Below, in pieces: positions 28,195 to 38,544 of a stretch of DNA of 64,000 nucleotides (within the stretch, counting starts at the first letter, position 1; each line of letters opens with the position of its first letter). The notes beneath the pieces were generated by a model. It was not told where the DNA came from, searched no databases, and saw only the letters and a program-made list of their open reading frames with translations. The position numbers and the translations under genes are program-made. The DNA lies in the NCBI GenBank assembly GCA_963662435.1, contig OY759598.1:3318507-3382506 (forward strand), given 5' to 3'. The stretch comes from Dehalococcoidia bacterium. Lineage in GTDB: Bacteria > Chloroflexota > Dehalococcoidia > Lucifugimonadales > VXLM01.

Positions 28195-29619
28195 TCACGA
28201 CACGGGCGGGCGGTGCTGGATCCAGGGGCGGGCCTGCTCGAATGCGGCGGATGCGGCCAGGACGGTCTCTTCGTCGTATTTGCGGCCCATGATCTGGAGG
28301 CCTATGGGGAGGCCGTTAGGTGAGAAGCCTGCAGGGACGGACGCGGCGGGGTGGCCGATGGCGTTCCCGTGCATGGTGTAGGCGCCGTTCCAGTACTGGA
28401 TGGGGAAGGACGATTCTCCCGTGATGCTGCCGGGGAAGGTCTCGTTGGGGAAGGCGGGGAAGGACGTGACTGGCGACATGATGAGGTCGTAGGTCTCGAA
28501 GGCGTCGTCGAAGGTGGCCTTGAGCTCGGCTATTCGACCCTCGGCGCGCATGTAGTCGCCGGGTGTGACGCGCGAACCCATGTCGATCATGAAGCGCGCG
28601 AACTCCGTCATGCGGTCGCCGAACTCGTCGAGGTACCGGGTCAGGCCGTCGTACGCGGAGGCAGCCTGCATGGGCCCTAAGGAGTCGTACGGCTCAGGGA
28701 GGACCATGTCCAACTCCTCGACCGAGCAGCCCATCTCCTCGAAGACCATGGCGGCCTTGTACGTTACGTCGACGACCTCGGGGAAGACGGGGGCGAACCC
28801 GAAGTCGGCGCTCCACCCGATGCGGAGGCCGTCGATGCCGCGCTCGGTCGCGGCCATGAAGTCTGGCGGGGTATGGCGGATGGAAGCCTGGTCGCGGCGA
28901 TCGAATCCAGCCAGGGCCTGAAGGAGCAGCGCGGCATCCCGCACGGAGCGCGCTAGCGGGCCGGACTGGGAGAAGATGTTCGGCATCGGAGGTCCGCCGA
29001 GTCCCGTGTAGCCGGATACGCGGCCCTGGGTGGGCTTGATGGTGTAGATGCCGCAGAAGTTGGCGGGTATTCGGAGAGAACCGCCGCCGTCGCTCCCGGT
29101 CGCGACGGGGGAGAGGTAGGCGGCAACGGCGGCTGCCGCGCCTCCGCTCGATCCGCCGGGCGTCCTGTCGGTGTTCCATGGGTTGAGTCCGAGCACCCCG
29201 AGGGAGTTTTCGCAGCAGCCGACCATGCCGAACTCCGGGACGTTGGTCTTGCCGAGCATGACGCCCCCTGCGTTCAGCACCCGCTCCGCGACGGCGGAGT
29301 TCCGCTCTGGCACGCGATTCTCGTAGACGACCGACCCCATGGTCGTTCGTACGCCAGCCGTCATCTGGGTGTCCTTGATGGGCACGGGGAGACCGTGCAG
29401 GGGGCCGAGCTCGTCGCCGCGCATGACTGCGTCCTCGGCGGCCTGCGCCTGCTTCATCGCGAGGTCTGGTGTGAGCAGGAGGAAGGAGTTGAGCTGTGGG
29501 TCGAGGCGGTCGATGCGCTCGAAGAACATTTCCGCCAGCTCGACGGGCGAGACCTGCTTCGTCGCTATGAGTTCCAGCAGATCGCCTGCCGATGCGTATG
29601 CCAGCCGCTCGTCTGCCAT
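28195..29619 (-). CDS. Amidase signature family protein
   Basis: GPLHGLPVPIKD, GKTNVPEF, TPGGSSGG, GSDGGGSLRIPA. Confidence 0.93.
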   Translation of the reverse strand: MADERLAYASAGDLLELIATKQVSPVELAEMFFERIDRLDPQLNSFLLLTPDLAMKQAQAAEDAVMRGDELGPLHGLPVPIKDTQMTAGVRTTMGSVVYENRVPERNSAVAERVLNAGGVMLGKTNVPEFGMVGCCENSLGVLGLNPWNTDRTPGGSSGGAAAAVAAYLSPVATGSDGGGSLRIPANFCGIYTIKPTQGRVSGYTGLGGPPMPNIFSQSGPLARSVRDAALLLQALAGFDRRDQASIRHTPPDFMAATERGIDGLRIGWSADFGFAPVFPEVVDVTYKAAMVFEEMGCSVEELDMVLPEPYDSLGPMQAASAYDGLTRYLDEFGDRMTEFARFMIDMGSRVTPGDYMRAEGRIAELKATFDDAFETYDLIMSPVTSFPAFPNETFPGSITGESSFPIQYWNGAYTMHGNAIGHPAASVPAGFSPNGLPIGLQIMGRKYDEETVLAASAAFEQARPWIQHRPPVS

Positions 29620-29768
29620 GGTTGTCCCTCCGTCGGCGTCTGATATGGCGAAGTTAGGTACCGTCAGACCGCGTCAGGCCGCAATTGTAGAGCAATTCGC
29701 CGCCTTGTGTGCGGGATAGGCCGATAGTACACTGTGACTATGCCACAGGTACGCCCCGAGGCCCTTAC

Positions 29769-31151
29769 GTGCCACTGAAGAATAGCCCTTCCACCGAGGA
29801 CTTGCGAAGTGCGGCCAACCGTCATGTCTGGCTGGATGATCACGACTGGAGCCGGGCGGAAGCTGCCGGCGGGCCGATGATCGCCGTCGAGGGCGACGGC
29901 GTGCGCGTGGTTGACTCCGAGGGACGATCCTGGATAGACGTGACCGGCGGGAACGGTGCCGTCAACGTCGGCTACGGTCGCGCCGAGATGGCCGACATCG
30001 TCTATGAGCAGACGGCTGCCATCAACTACATGCCGCAGCGGTCTGCCATTCCGTCCACCATCGACCTCGTTCGTAAGCTGGCGGAGATCACCCCGGGGAC
30101 GCTGAACCGCACGTTTCCCGTCAGCAGCGGCTCGGAAGCCAATGAGACGGCCATCAAGGTCGCCAGGGCGTACCACAAGCGGAACGGGGAGTCGGGTCGG
30201 TACAAGATTATCAGCAGGTTCGGGTCGTATCATGGGGACCTGGGACTCGTGCAGTGGTTCGGCTCATCTCATGACCACCGCAATGCGGACTACGAACCGG
30301 CCTATCCGGGGATGGTGTACGCGCCTCAGCCAAACTTGTACCGGTATGGCACGGGCGACCTCACGCCTTCGGAGTGCGCGGTGGGCTGCGCAAAGGCAGT
30401 TGAGGAGCTCATCAAGTTTCACCGGCCCAATACCGTGGCGGCGGTGATCGCCGAACCGGTTACGAACGACGGCATCGTTCCCGGGCCGGAGTACTGGCCG
30501 ATGCTGCGAGAGATATGCAACGAGTACGGTGTCGTGCTGATCGCCGACGAGGTGACGACGGGGCTGGGACGTACGGGCAAGATGTTCGGGGTCGATCAAT
30601 GGGGTGTAGAGCCGGATATCATGACGATGGCGGGCGGACTGAGCGGTGGCTACATGCCGATCGGCGCGACCACGGCCACGACGGCGATAGCGGACCGCTT
30701 TGCGGGGACGGACTCCTACTTCAGGCACGTGTTCACGTTCGCGGGACATCCTGTGGCGGCGGCGGTGGCGCTGAGGAGCATCGAGATCATCGAGTCGGAG
30801 GGGCTGGTGGAAAACGCGGCCGCTTCCGGAGAGTACTTTTTGGAGTCGCTCACGACTCTTATCGGTGACCATCCCATCGTGGGAGACGTTCGAGGGCTGG
30901 GGCTGCTGTGCGCCGTCGAGCTGGTGAGCGACCGCGTCACGAAGGCAGGGTTTGATCCTGGGCTACGGATGTCCGAACGGATGACGGCCAAGTTCAACGA
31001 ACATGGGCTCATTCTTCCCGTTCGCGGGAACGTCATAGCGATAACGCCGCCCCTTACTATCACGCGTGCCGAGATCGACGAGATCATGCACGGAATCGAC
31101 CTTGCTCTCTGGGAGATCGAGGGTGAGCTTGGCATCGCGTCGATGGCCTGA
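29769..31151 (+). CDS. Class III aminotransferase homolog lacking the PLP-binding lysine
   Basis: SGSEANETAIK, SYHG, LIADEVTTGLGRTG, but PDIMTMAGGL; start (GTG) uncertain. Confidence 0.88.
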   Translation: MPLKNSPSTEDLRSAANRHVWLDDHDWSRAEAAGGPMIAVEGDGVRVVDSEGRSWIDVTGGNGAVNVGYGRAEMADIVYEQTAAINYMPQRSAIPSTIDLVRKLAEITPGTLNRTFPVSSGSEANETAIKVARAYHKRNGESGRYKIISRFGSYHGDLGLVQWFGSSHDHRNADYEPAYPGMVYAPQPNLYRYGTGDLTPSECAVGCAKAVEELIKFHRPNTVAAVIAEPVTNDGIVPGPEYWPMLREICNEYGVVLIADEVTTGLGRTGKMFGVDQWGVEPDIMTMAGGLSGGYMPIGATTATTAIADRFAGTDSYFRHVFTFAGHPVAAAVALRSIEIIESEGLVENAAASGEYFLESLTTLIGDHPIVGDVRGLGLLCAVELVSDRVTKAGFDPGLRMSERMTAKFNEHGLILPVRGNVIAITPPLTITRAEIDEIMHGIDLALWEIEGELGIASMA

Positions 31152-31178
31152 AGGGTACAGGAGAAACACGACAAGCCA

Positions 31179-32558
31179 ATGAACGTTCTGTCGAAAACAG
31201 AAGAGCTCCGCCGCGCCGCGCTCGATTACCTGTGGATGCACAACCGGGGATGGATCGACATGGCCGAGCAGGGCGAGCCGGTCATCATGGTTGAGGGCGA
31301 CGGGATGCGGGTGAAGGACTCGGAGGGCCGCACGTGGATCGATCCGAACGGCGGCTACGTGTCGGTGAACGTCGGGTACGGCCGTAAGGAGATCGCGGAG
31401 GCTGCTCGCGAGCAGATGCGGAAGCTCTCGTTCCAGCCGCCGGGAGCGGCGACTGAGCCGCTCATCCGCGTCTCGGAGAAGATCGCGGAGATCGCGCCAG
31501 GATCGATGGAGCGCGTATACCCCGTCAACGGGGGGTCGGAATCGACCGAGACTGCCGTCAAGATCGCGCGGGCGTACCACAGGCGCAACGGGGAGCCGGG
31601 CAGGTACAAGGTCATCAGCCGTCGTTACTCGTACCACGGGGCGACGGGCGGCGTCCTGGCCATGGCGGGCAGCGCGTCGGGAGACCGGTCCGACTATGAG
31701 CCGTTCTACCAGGGGATGATCTACGCGCCGCAGCCGAGCCCGTACCGGTGCGAGTCGGGGGCCACCGATGCGTCCGATTGTGCGGTGTACTGTGCCCAGC
31801 AGGTCGAGGAACTCATCATCGCGCACAATCCGGACACGATTGCGGCGTTCATTGGCGAACCAATCGCCAGCAACGCGGGCAACGCCGTTCCGGGTGACGA
31901 GTACTGGCCGATGATCCGTGACATCTGCGACCGTTACGGTATCCTTCTGGTGGCGGACGAGGTGATCTGCGGATACGGTCGCTCGGGCGAGTGGTTCGGT
32001 ATCCAGAATTGGGACATTGTCCCGGACGTGATGGGATCGGCGAAGGGCATCGTGAGCAGCTATTTGCCATTTGCCGCCGCAGTCGCCAAGAAGGAGATCG
32101 CGGACGCCTTCGAGGGCGAGGACAACTACTTCCGCATGGCCAACAGCTTCGGGGGGCATCCTGTCGCGGCAGCCGCGGCGCTGAAGAACCTTGAGATCAT
32201 CGAGGAGGAGGGACTCGTCGAGAACTCAAAGCGCATGGGAGAGTACTTCCGGTCGCAACTCAGGGAGCTCCAGGCCGACTACTCGTTCATCGGCGACGTT
32301 CGGGGCATCGGACTGATGAATACCGTCGAGATGGTTGCCGACCACGAGACGAAGGCCGACTTCGATCCCGCGCTCCGGGTGCAGGACCGTCTCGGCGACA
32401 AATTCTATGATCGGGGAATGATTCTCAGGCCGGTCGGCCAGTTCCTGAACATCTCGCCGCCGCTCTGCGTTACGAACGATGACATAGATGCGATAGTGAA
32501 CATATTGGACGATTCATTCCGTGAGCTGATTGAAGAGGTGCCACAACTGAAGGGGTGA
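31179..32558 (+). CDS. Class III aminotransferase
   Basis: GGSESTETAVK, YSYHG, LVADEVICGYGRSG, PDVMGSAKGI. Confidence 0.93.
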   Translation: MNVLSKTEELRRAALDYLWMHNRGWIDMAEQGEPVIMVEGDGMRVKDSEGRTWIDPNGGYVSVNVGYGRKEIAEAAREQMRKLSFQPPGAATEPLIRVSEKIAEIAPGSMERVYPVNGGSESTETAVKIARAYHRRNGEPGRYKVISRRYSYHGATGGVLAMAGSASGDRSDYEPFYQGMIYAPQPSPYRCESGATDASDCAVYCAQQVEELIIAHNPDTIAAFIGEPIASNAGNAVPGDEYWPMIRDICDRYGILLVADEVICGYGRSGEWFGIQNWDIVPDVMGSAKGIVSSYLPFAAAVAKKEIADAFEGEDNYFRMANSFGGHPVAAAAALKNLEIIEEEGLVENSKRMGEYFRSQLRELQADYSFIGDVRGIGLMNTVEMVADHETKADFDPALRVQDRLGDKFYDRGMILRPVGQFLNISPPLCVTNDDIDAIVNILDDSFRELIEEVPQLKG

Positions 32559-32606
32559 TTTGCGTATCGATAAGTTTATGAACCAACTGATATATGAGGA
32601 GGAATT

Positions 32607-33299
32607 ATGACGAACCGTCGCAACAATCGAGGCGGTGGACGCAGGGAACGGGTAGCTATCTTCATCGACGGCAGCAATCTTTATCACAGTCTCCAGGAGA
32701 ACTGCGGACGATTCGACGTGGACTTTGCCGCGCTAGGGCATAGGCTGACCGATGGCCGGGACCTGCTTCGCATCTACTACTACAATGTGCTTCGCGACGC
32801 CGACCGCGACCCGCAGGCATACCAGGACCAGCAGAAGTTCCTGACGGCCCTCAACAACACGCCATACATCGAGACGCGGCTCGGCACCTCGAAGATGCGG
32901 GGCCAGGTGGCGGTGGAGAAGGGCGTCGACATCATGGTCGCAACCGACCTGCTCAGGTTCGCGTGGGACGACCTTTACGACGTGGCCGTCCTCGTAAGCG
33001 GGGACGGAGATTTCGCGTATGCCGTGGAGACCGTGAAGAACATGGGCAAGCACGTGGAGGTCGCGGCGTTCACGCCGAACCTATCGCAGGAGCTTGCCGC
33101 CGTCGCCGACGAGCGTCACTTCTTCACACCCGACTACTTTGCGGATATCTGGAGCAGGAGCCGTCGGGGTTCACGTTTCCCTAAGGACCAGCAGGGCAGG
33201 CGGGAGCAGGATGGTGAACAGGCGTCGCAGGGTCAGCAGCGTTCGCACGGGGCGCGTCGGTTCCTCGACCGGTTTCGGGGCGGCAGGGGTGACTCCTAG
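32607..33299 (+). CDS. NYN domain protein (LabA/DUF88)
   Basis: IFIDGSNLY, EKGVDI, LVSGDGDF. Confidence 0.92.
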   Translation: MTNRRNNRGGGRRERVAIFIDGSNLYHSLQENCGRFDVDFAALGHRLTDGRDLLRIYYYNVLRDADRDPQAYQDQQKFLTALNNTPYIETRLGTSKMRGQVAVEKGVDIMVATDLLRFAWDDLYDVAVLVSGDGDFAYAVETVKNMGKHVEVAAFTPNLSQELAAVADERHFFTPDYFADIWSRSRRGSRFPKDQQGRREQDGEQASQGQQRSHGARRFLDRFRGGRGDS

Positions 33300-33372
33300 G
33301 GGGCGTCCGTGTGGCTTACCCCCCTACGGGCTATGGGCTCAGGGTGAACGGGTGCTGTGTGGGGTGCGCTCT

Positions 33373-35082
33373 TTAGAAGGCGTCCTTGGCGGCGGCGATT
33401 TCCTCGAGGTCGGCGCGGCTGTAGGAGCCCATGCTCCTGAAGTCGAAGTCGGTGTAGTTCTTCACCCATCGCATGCCGATCTTGCCGGCCTTGCGGTATC
33501 GAACGTCCGCGGCATCGTAGAGGCGTTGGTGCGTTTCGTTGCCTTCCTCGACCTGCTCTTTCAGGAGGCGGAGGATGTCGTCCACCTCGTCGAGGAAGAG
33601 TTGCTTGACGAGGGCGAAGTCATGGATGGTGCCGGTCTCGGTGTCTGTGGCTGCGTGGATGATGCGCTGGGCGATCTGGGCGGCAGACATGCGCCCGGTG
33701 GCGAGGTCTTCCATGAGGGGACCGTGCACGCCAGGCTTACCGGCGAGGCTGTCGATGCCCTTGGCCCCGCGTCCGTTCAGCCATCCCTCGATATACTCGA
33801 TGACCATGCGCACGTTGCGGCGGGTGCCCTCCACGGTGATCGGGCCCTCGGGCACGTCGATACGGATAGGGTAGTTGTCGGGGTCGTGCGCCTCGGCCGG
33901 AGGCTCCCATCCGGTTGCGCGGAGGTTCTTGAAGGGGTCGGCGGCGGTCTTCATGTGGAAGATGTGCGCCACCCATCCGCGCAGGAACCCCTGGTTGGCC
34001 TCCCACTCCTTGTCTGCGGTGATCGAGACGGCGGCAGCGGCGTTGACCTCGTCGTCGCGTGAGGGGAGGGCGGTCGCCATGCCGCCGATGGGGACGGCTC
34101 CGTGCTTGAGGCAGATGGCGACGAGGCGTCGGAAGATCGTCGCAAGGAAGGGGGTCGTCTTGATGTCGACGCCGAACCGGTCGGGCCAGACCTGCGACGG
34201 ATCGGCCATGATGTACTCGAAGATGCTGGCCTTGAAGTCCCATCGGGCGGCGTTCAGTCCCGCGGCGTAGGGGCCGAGGGCGTGGAGCATCTCCTCCATC
34301 TGGTAGGCGGCGGGCAGCGACTCGACGAGCGGTATCCCGCGGATCACGTCGTCGTCGCCCAGGCCCAGGTGCTCCTTGCTGAAATCGAAGAAGTCGCGCC
34401 AGAAGCCGGCCTCCTCGGCGGACTCCATCTTCGGCAGGTAGAAGTAGAGGCCCTGCCCTCGCGCCATCTGCGCCCGCCCGGCGTGGAACACGGTCAAGGA
34501 AGTGCCAAGTATCGCGGCGGAGACGGGGTTGCCGTCGATGGTCATCTCCGGCTCGTCGAGGTGCAGTCCTCGCTCGCGGTGCATGAAGAACGGCAGCTCG
34601 CCGTCCTGGATGGTGTAGTGGCGGCCTCTCGCCTCATCGCGGTGCTCCAGCGTCCGCTCCACTGCGCCGAGGCGGTTTCGAGCGGCAGTAACGGTGTCGA
34701 CCAGCCGGTGTCCGGCAGCGTCTTCGTCGTCATCGAGGTCGCCGACCGCGCGCTCGCCCTCAGGGCCTGGGTTCAGCGCGTTGATGAACATGTTGGTGAC
34801 CGATGCCGGGCCCGTGATCTCGATGCCGGGCCTTCGCAGGTCCTCCGGCACGGGCGGGACGTTCCAGTCTGTGGTGTTGATATCCGAGACGGGCGGGTGC
34901 TTTGGCAGGACGCCGTCTTCGAGGGCGCGGCGGAGCACCTCGGCCCTCTTGGCGCGCAATTCGTGCACGCGACCTACGAACTTGTCGTGCGCCGCGACGA
35001 AGTACTCCAGGAATTCGGAAATGAATACCTCATCGGCCCCTTCGACGTTCGCGTATGTAACTCGGTCGCTCGTTTCGGACAC
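33373..35082 (-). CDS. Malate synthase
   Basis: EITGP, RGLHLDE, YFYLPKMES, GLNAARWD, PIGGM, LMEDLAT; GTG start after GGAGGAG. Confidence 0.88.
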   Translation of the reverse strand: MSETSDRVTYANVEGADEVFISEFLEYFVAAHDKFVGRVHELRAKRAEVLRRALEDGVLPKHPPVSDINTTDWNVPPVPEDLRRPGIEITGPASVTNMFINALNPGPEGERAVGDLDDDEDAAGHRLVDTVTAARNRLGAVERTLEHRDEARGRHYTIQDGELPFFMHRERGLHLDEPEMTIDGNPVSAAILGTSLTVFHAGRAQMARGQGLYFYLPKMESAEEAGFWRDFFDFSKEHLGLGDDDVIRGIPLVESLPAAYQMEEMLHALGPYAAGLNAARWDFKASIFEYIMADPSQVWPDRFGVDIKTTPFLATIFRRLVAICLKHGAVPIGGMATALPSRDDEVNAAAAVSITADKEWEANQGFLRGWVAHIFHMKTAADPFKNLRATGWEPPAEAHDPDNYPIRIDVPEGPITVEGTRRNVRMVIEYIEGWLNGRGAKGIDSLAGKPGVHGPLMEDLATGRMSAAQIAQRIIHAATDTETGTIHDFALVKQLFLDEVDDILRLLKEQVEEGNETHQRLYDAADVRYRKAGKIGMRWVKNYTDFDFRSMGSYSRADLEEIAAAKDAF

Positions 35083-35295
35083 GTTCTCCTCCGGGTGCAA
35101 GGTGTCAGTTAGAGGCATCATGGTACCACATGGCTTGCGCGTGGCTGGTTGATGGGGCGGGTCCGTCGATTCCGGGCGATCACGACCGGCACGGTAAATC
35201 ACCGAGTCGTGTGATGCGTAGCACAGCGAGTGGGCATACTATGAATACAGAGGACTTGGAAGCGTGAGTTAGGAAGCTGGAAGGAGGTGGCTGCG

Positions 35296-36786
35296 ATGGA
35301 TAGACGAGTGATTGCTCCTTTGTTGTCCCTTCTAGCAGTCGTTGCACTCGCCGCATGTGGAGAGTCTCCGCCGCCGACTCCTGCGCCGACGGTCGCACCC
35401 ACCGTTGCCCCGACCTCGACGCCCGTGCCGACGCCCAGCCCTACACCGGTCGTACCGTTCGAGGACAGTCTTTCGAGCGCGGACCTCACCAGATTCCAGG
35501 CACTGCCGCCGGAGGTACAGGATGCGCTGGTCGACGAGTCGCTGGAGAATGGCAATGAGAGAGCACTTCGCTTCCTGCGCGACATGCCGGACAATCCGGC
35601 CGCCCTTTCGGAGATTCTTGGTCCGGAGACTCAAACGATATTGGAGACTCTGGATGAGCTAACGCAGCGTCAACTACTGCTCGAAGGGTACCCCAACGCG
35701 ACCCTGCGGCACCTGAAGAAACAGTGGTTGGCTGGGGAGCTCTCCGACTTGGAGTACAAGTACGGCGACTTTGCTTCGATGGTCCGCCACGTGAACCGGG
35801 TGTTTTCCGAGGACGGTCACCTCATGCCCCCGCTCGAAGATGCCCTTTCGCCCTCCGCGTTTAGCAGGTTTGAGTCACTCGACCCGCTGCTGCAGGCCTC
35901 GTTCCGTATCGTCTGGGAGACGTGGCGGACGAACTCCCCGAGCGATGCTGCCGATGGGTTGGAGCAGAAACTCCTCAATTTGCCTACCAAGCTGCCCGGG
36001 ATCCGGGCGCTGGGGCTATCGGAAGAGGCGGCCAACGTACTTGAGCGAGAGCCGGAGATGAGAGACTATGCCCTTGGAACGGTCGCCGCCATCCTCGTGA
36101 GTGGTCACGAGTGGGACGACGAGCACTCTGCCCGATTACAGCAGACCATTGAGGCCTACGAGGCGCCTGGGGGCAGAGAGGCGCTTGCGCGCGGTCTGCG
36201 ACCGGGAGTCTCGGACCCGTGGCTTGCGACAATAGCTTGTCAGCCGTCGGGGTGGGGCCCGATACCACTGGACAGCGCCATTCCCCGACCGTTCCGCGGC
36301 GTGCATCCCGCGCAGCTCGTCTATGCCTGGCCCGCGCCTGAAGACTCCCTGTCCGACGCGGCGCTGGCAAACTTCCACCTTCTGGATGAGACCATGCGTG
36401 ACGCCCTCGAATACTGGTGGTACGGGACCGGGCCGCTCCCGATGAACGCGCGCACTACGAGGTGCGAGATCGCCCGGTGGGACCGGGGCATAGCCGACAC
36501 GCCGTTCACCTCGATGCCGGGGCCGGACGTCTTCCTGTCCGCCGACATGAGCGAACTGTACGCACAGTTCAGCGACTATGGCAAGGAGGTCGTCCAGCGA
36601 CATTTGGTGTCATATATTCTCAAGGGCGAGGTCAGCTTCAAGAGAGAGCGCTTTGCAAATACCGAGAAGGTTTCGACGTTGGGCTCAACTCCTGAAGAGT
36701 TTCTCGAAGGGCTGCGCTTCTGGGCCGATGAGTGGGTGACTGACTGGGCATGTCACATTGAAGAACTCGATTGTAGCGACAGTTAG
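35296..36786 (+). CDS. Hypothetical lipoprotein, paralog 1
   Basis: SD AAGGAGG, lipobox LAAC, Pro/Thr linker. Confidence 0.8.
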   Translation: MDRRVIAPLLSLLAVVALAACGESPPPTPAPTVAPTVAPTSTPVPTPSPTPVVPFEDSLSSADLTRFQALPPEVQDALVDESLENGNERALRFLRDMPDNPAALSEILGPETQTILETLDELTQRQLLLEGYPNATLRHLKKQWLAGELSDLEYKYGDFASMVRHVNRVFSEDGHLMPPLEDALSPSAFSRFESLDPLLQASFRIVWETWRTNSPSDAADGLEQKLLNLPTKLPGIRALGLSEEAANVLEREPEMRDYALGTVAAILVSGHEWDDEHSARLQQTIEAYEAPGGREALARGLRPGVSDPWLATIACQPSGWGPIPLDSAIPRPFRGVHPAQLVYAWPAPEDSLSDAALANFHLLDETMRDALEYWWYGTGPLPMNARTTRCEIARWDRGIADTPFTSMPGPDVFLSADMSELYAQFSDYGKEVVQRHLVSYILKGEVSFKRERFANTEKVSTLGSTPEEFLEGLRFWADEWVTDWACHIEELDCSDS

Positions 36787-36909
36787 GCGGCAATCAAGGA
36801 ACCCGAATTCGAACGCCGGGAGCTGCAACTGCAGGTTTTCTCTCGGAAAAGCATCTTGCACAGGGTGAGTCGAAAGCGTGAGCGAGCGAACCATGCGGAG
36901 GTGGCTGCG

Positions 36910-38379
36910 ATGGATAGACGATTGATGCTTCCATTGCTGTCCGTCCTGGCAGTCGCTGTGCTGGCCGCGTGCTCGGAGTCTCCACCGCCGACTCCTGCGC
37001 CGACGGTCGCGCCCACCGTTGCCCCGACCTCGACGCCCGTGCCTACGCCCAGCCCGACGCCGGTCGTACCGTTCGAGGACAGTCTTTCGAGCGAGGACGT
37101 CGCCAGATTCCAGGCGCTGCCCCCGGAGGTACAGGATGCGCTGGTCGACGAGTCGCTGGAGAATGGAAATGAGAGCGCGCTTCGCTTCCTGCGCGACATG
37201 CCGGACGATCCGGCGCCACTCTCGGCGATACTCGATGCTGAAACGCTGTCGCTGTTGGACACTATCGACGAGCCGTACCGCCGTCAACTGTTGCTGGAGG
37301 GGTACCCCAACTCGACCGTCCGGTATTCGTGGGACCGACGGGCGGTAAAAGACCCTGCCGATCTCGAATACATGTATGGCCTCTTCGACATGCTGGTCCG
37401 GGGAGTTCACCAGACTCTGACCGAGGACGGGCCCCTGTTGCCGCCGCTCGAGGAGTCTCTCTCGCCAGCAGCGCTCAAGAAGTTTGAGTCCCTCGACCCT
37501 CTCATGCAGGCATCGTTCCGCCAGTGGTGGGAGACCAAACGAACACTGTCTCCGAGCGATGAGATCAGCCGGTTTGAGGAAAGACTGCTCAAGACTCCTA
37601 CCGAGTTGCCCGATATCCAAGAGCTTGGCCTTTCAGCGGCAGCGGTAAAGGTGCTGGAACGAGAGTCGGCTATAAGGGACTATGCCCTGCGTTCAGTCGC
37701 CGCAAGTCTCGTGCTCGAACAGGAGTGGAAGGGTTATGCTGCCGCTCGACTGCAACGGCAAATTGAAGCCTACGAGGAGCCGGGTGGAAGGGAGGCGCTT
37801 GCGCGCGGATTGCTGCCCGGGGTGTCGGATCCGTTTGTTGCCCTATTGGCTTGCCCAATGGGATCGTGGGGAGCTACGCCGCCTCACAGCATTGTTCCCA
37901 AGCCGTTCCGCGACGTGCATCCGGCCAAGCTCGTCTACTATTGGCCTGAACCTGAGGACGTACTGTCCGACGCGGCGCTGGCGAACTTCAGACTCCTTGA
38001 TGAGAAGATGCTTGGGGCCTTCGAGGTACGGTGGTACGGTCATGGGCTTCCGCTGGATGCGAGCTTCATGGCGTGTTTGGTCGCCGAGTGGGACAGAGGC
38101 TTGACCGATACGCCGTTCACCTCGATGCCCGGGCCGGAGGTCTTCCTGCCAAAAGACAAGGGGAAGTTTTACGACGAACTGACCGACCACGAGAAATGGG
38201 CAATTGAGCTAAATCTGGCGGCAGACATTCTCAAGGGTGAGGTCTGGTTCCATAGAAGCCGGTTCGGAGAGGCCGAAACAGCGTCGACACTGGACTCGCT
38301 AGAAGAATTCCTTGAAGGGCTGCGATTCTCAGCCGTCGAATGGGTGTGCGGGTTCCATGGTGGTGCCGGCTGTCGTTAG
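36910..38379 (+). CDS. Hypothetical lipoprotein, paralog 2
   Basis: SD GGAGG, lipobox LAAC; colinear with 35296-36786. Confidence 0.8.
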   Translation: MDRRLMLPLLSVLAVAVLAACSESPPPTPAPTVAPTVAPTSTPVPTPSPTPVVPFEDSLSSEDVARFQALPPEVQDALVDESLENGNESALRFLRDMPDDPAPLSAILDAETLSLLDTIDEPYRRQLLLEGYPNSTVRYSWDRRAVKDPADLEYMYGLFDMLVRGVHQTLTEDGPLLPPLEESLSPAALKKFESLDPLMQASFRQWWETKRTLSPSDEISRFEERLLKTPTELPDIQELGLSAAAVKVLERESAIRDYALRSVAASLVLEQEWKGYAAARLQRQIEAYEEPGGREALARGLLPGVSDPFVALLACPMGSWGATPPHSIVPKPFRDVHPAKLVYYWPEPEDVLSDAALANFRLLDEKMLGAFEVRWYGHGLPLDASFMACLVAEWDRGLTDTPFTSMPGPEVFLPKDKGKFYDELTDHEKWAIELNLAADILKGEVWFHRSRFGEAETASTLDSLEEFLEGLRFSAVEWVCGFHGGAGCR

Positions 38380-38460
38380 GCTCTTGCTGCGTAGGACAGG
38401 GGTGTCTTTGGAGGCAAGGAAATAGGCCATTCGCGGTACGTCAAATTGGTCGATTACGAA

Positions 38461-38489
38461 TTGACCTTGTACTACGCATGTGCCACAAT
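38461..38489 (+). promoter_or_regulatory. Sigma70-type promoter
   Basis: TTGACC-17 bp-CACAAT with extended TG. Confidence 0.5.
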
Positions 38490-38544
38490 CCTGCATATCG
38501 TCAGCGTAGTGTCACGAAATGCGATGAGATTGTAGGAGGAGAGC

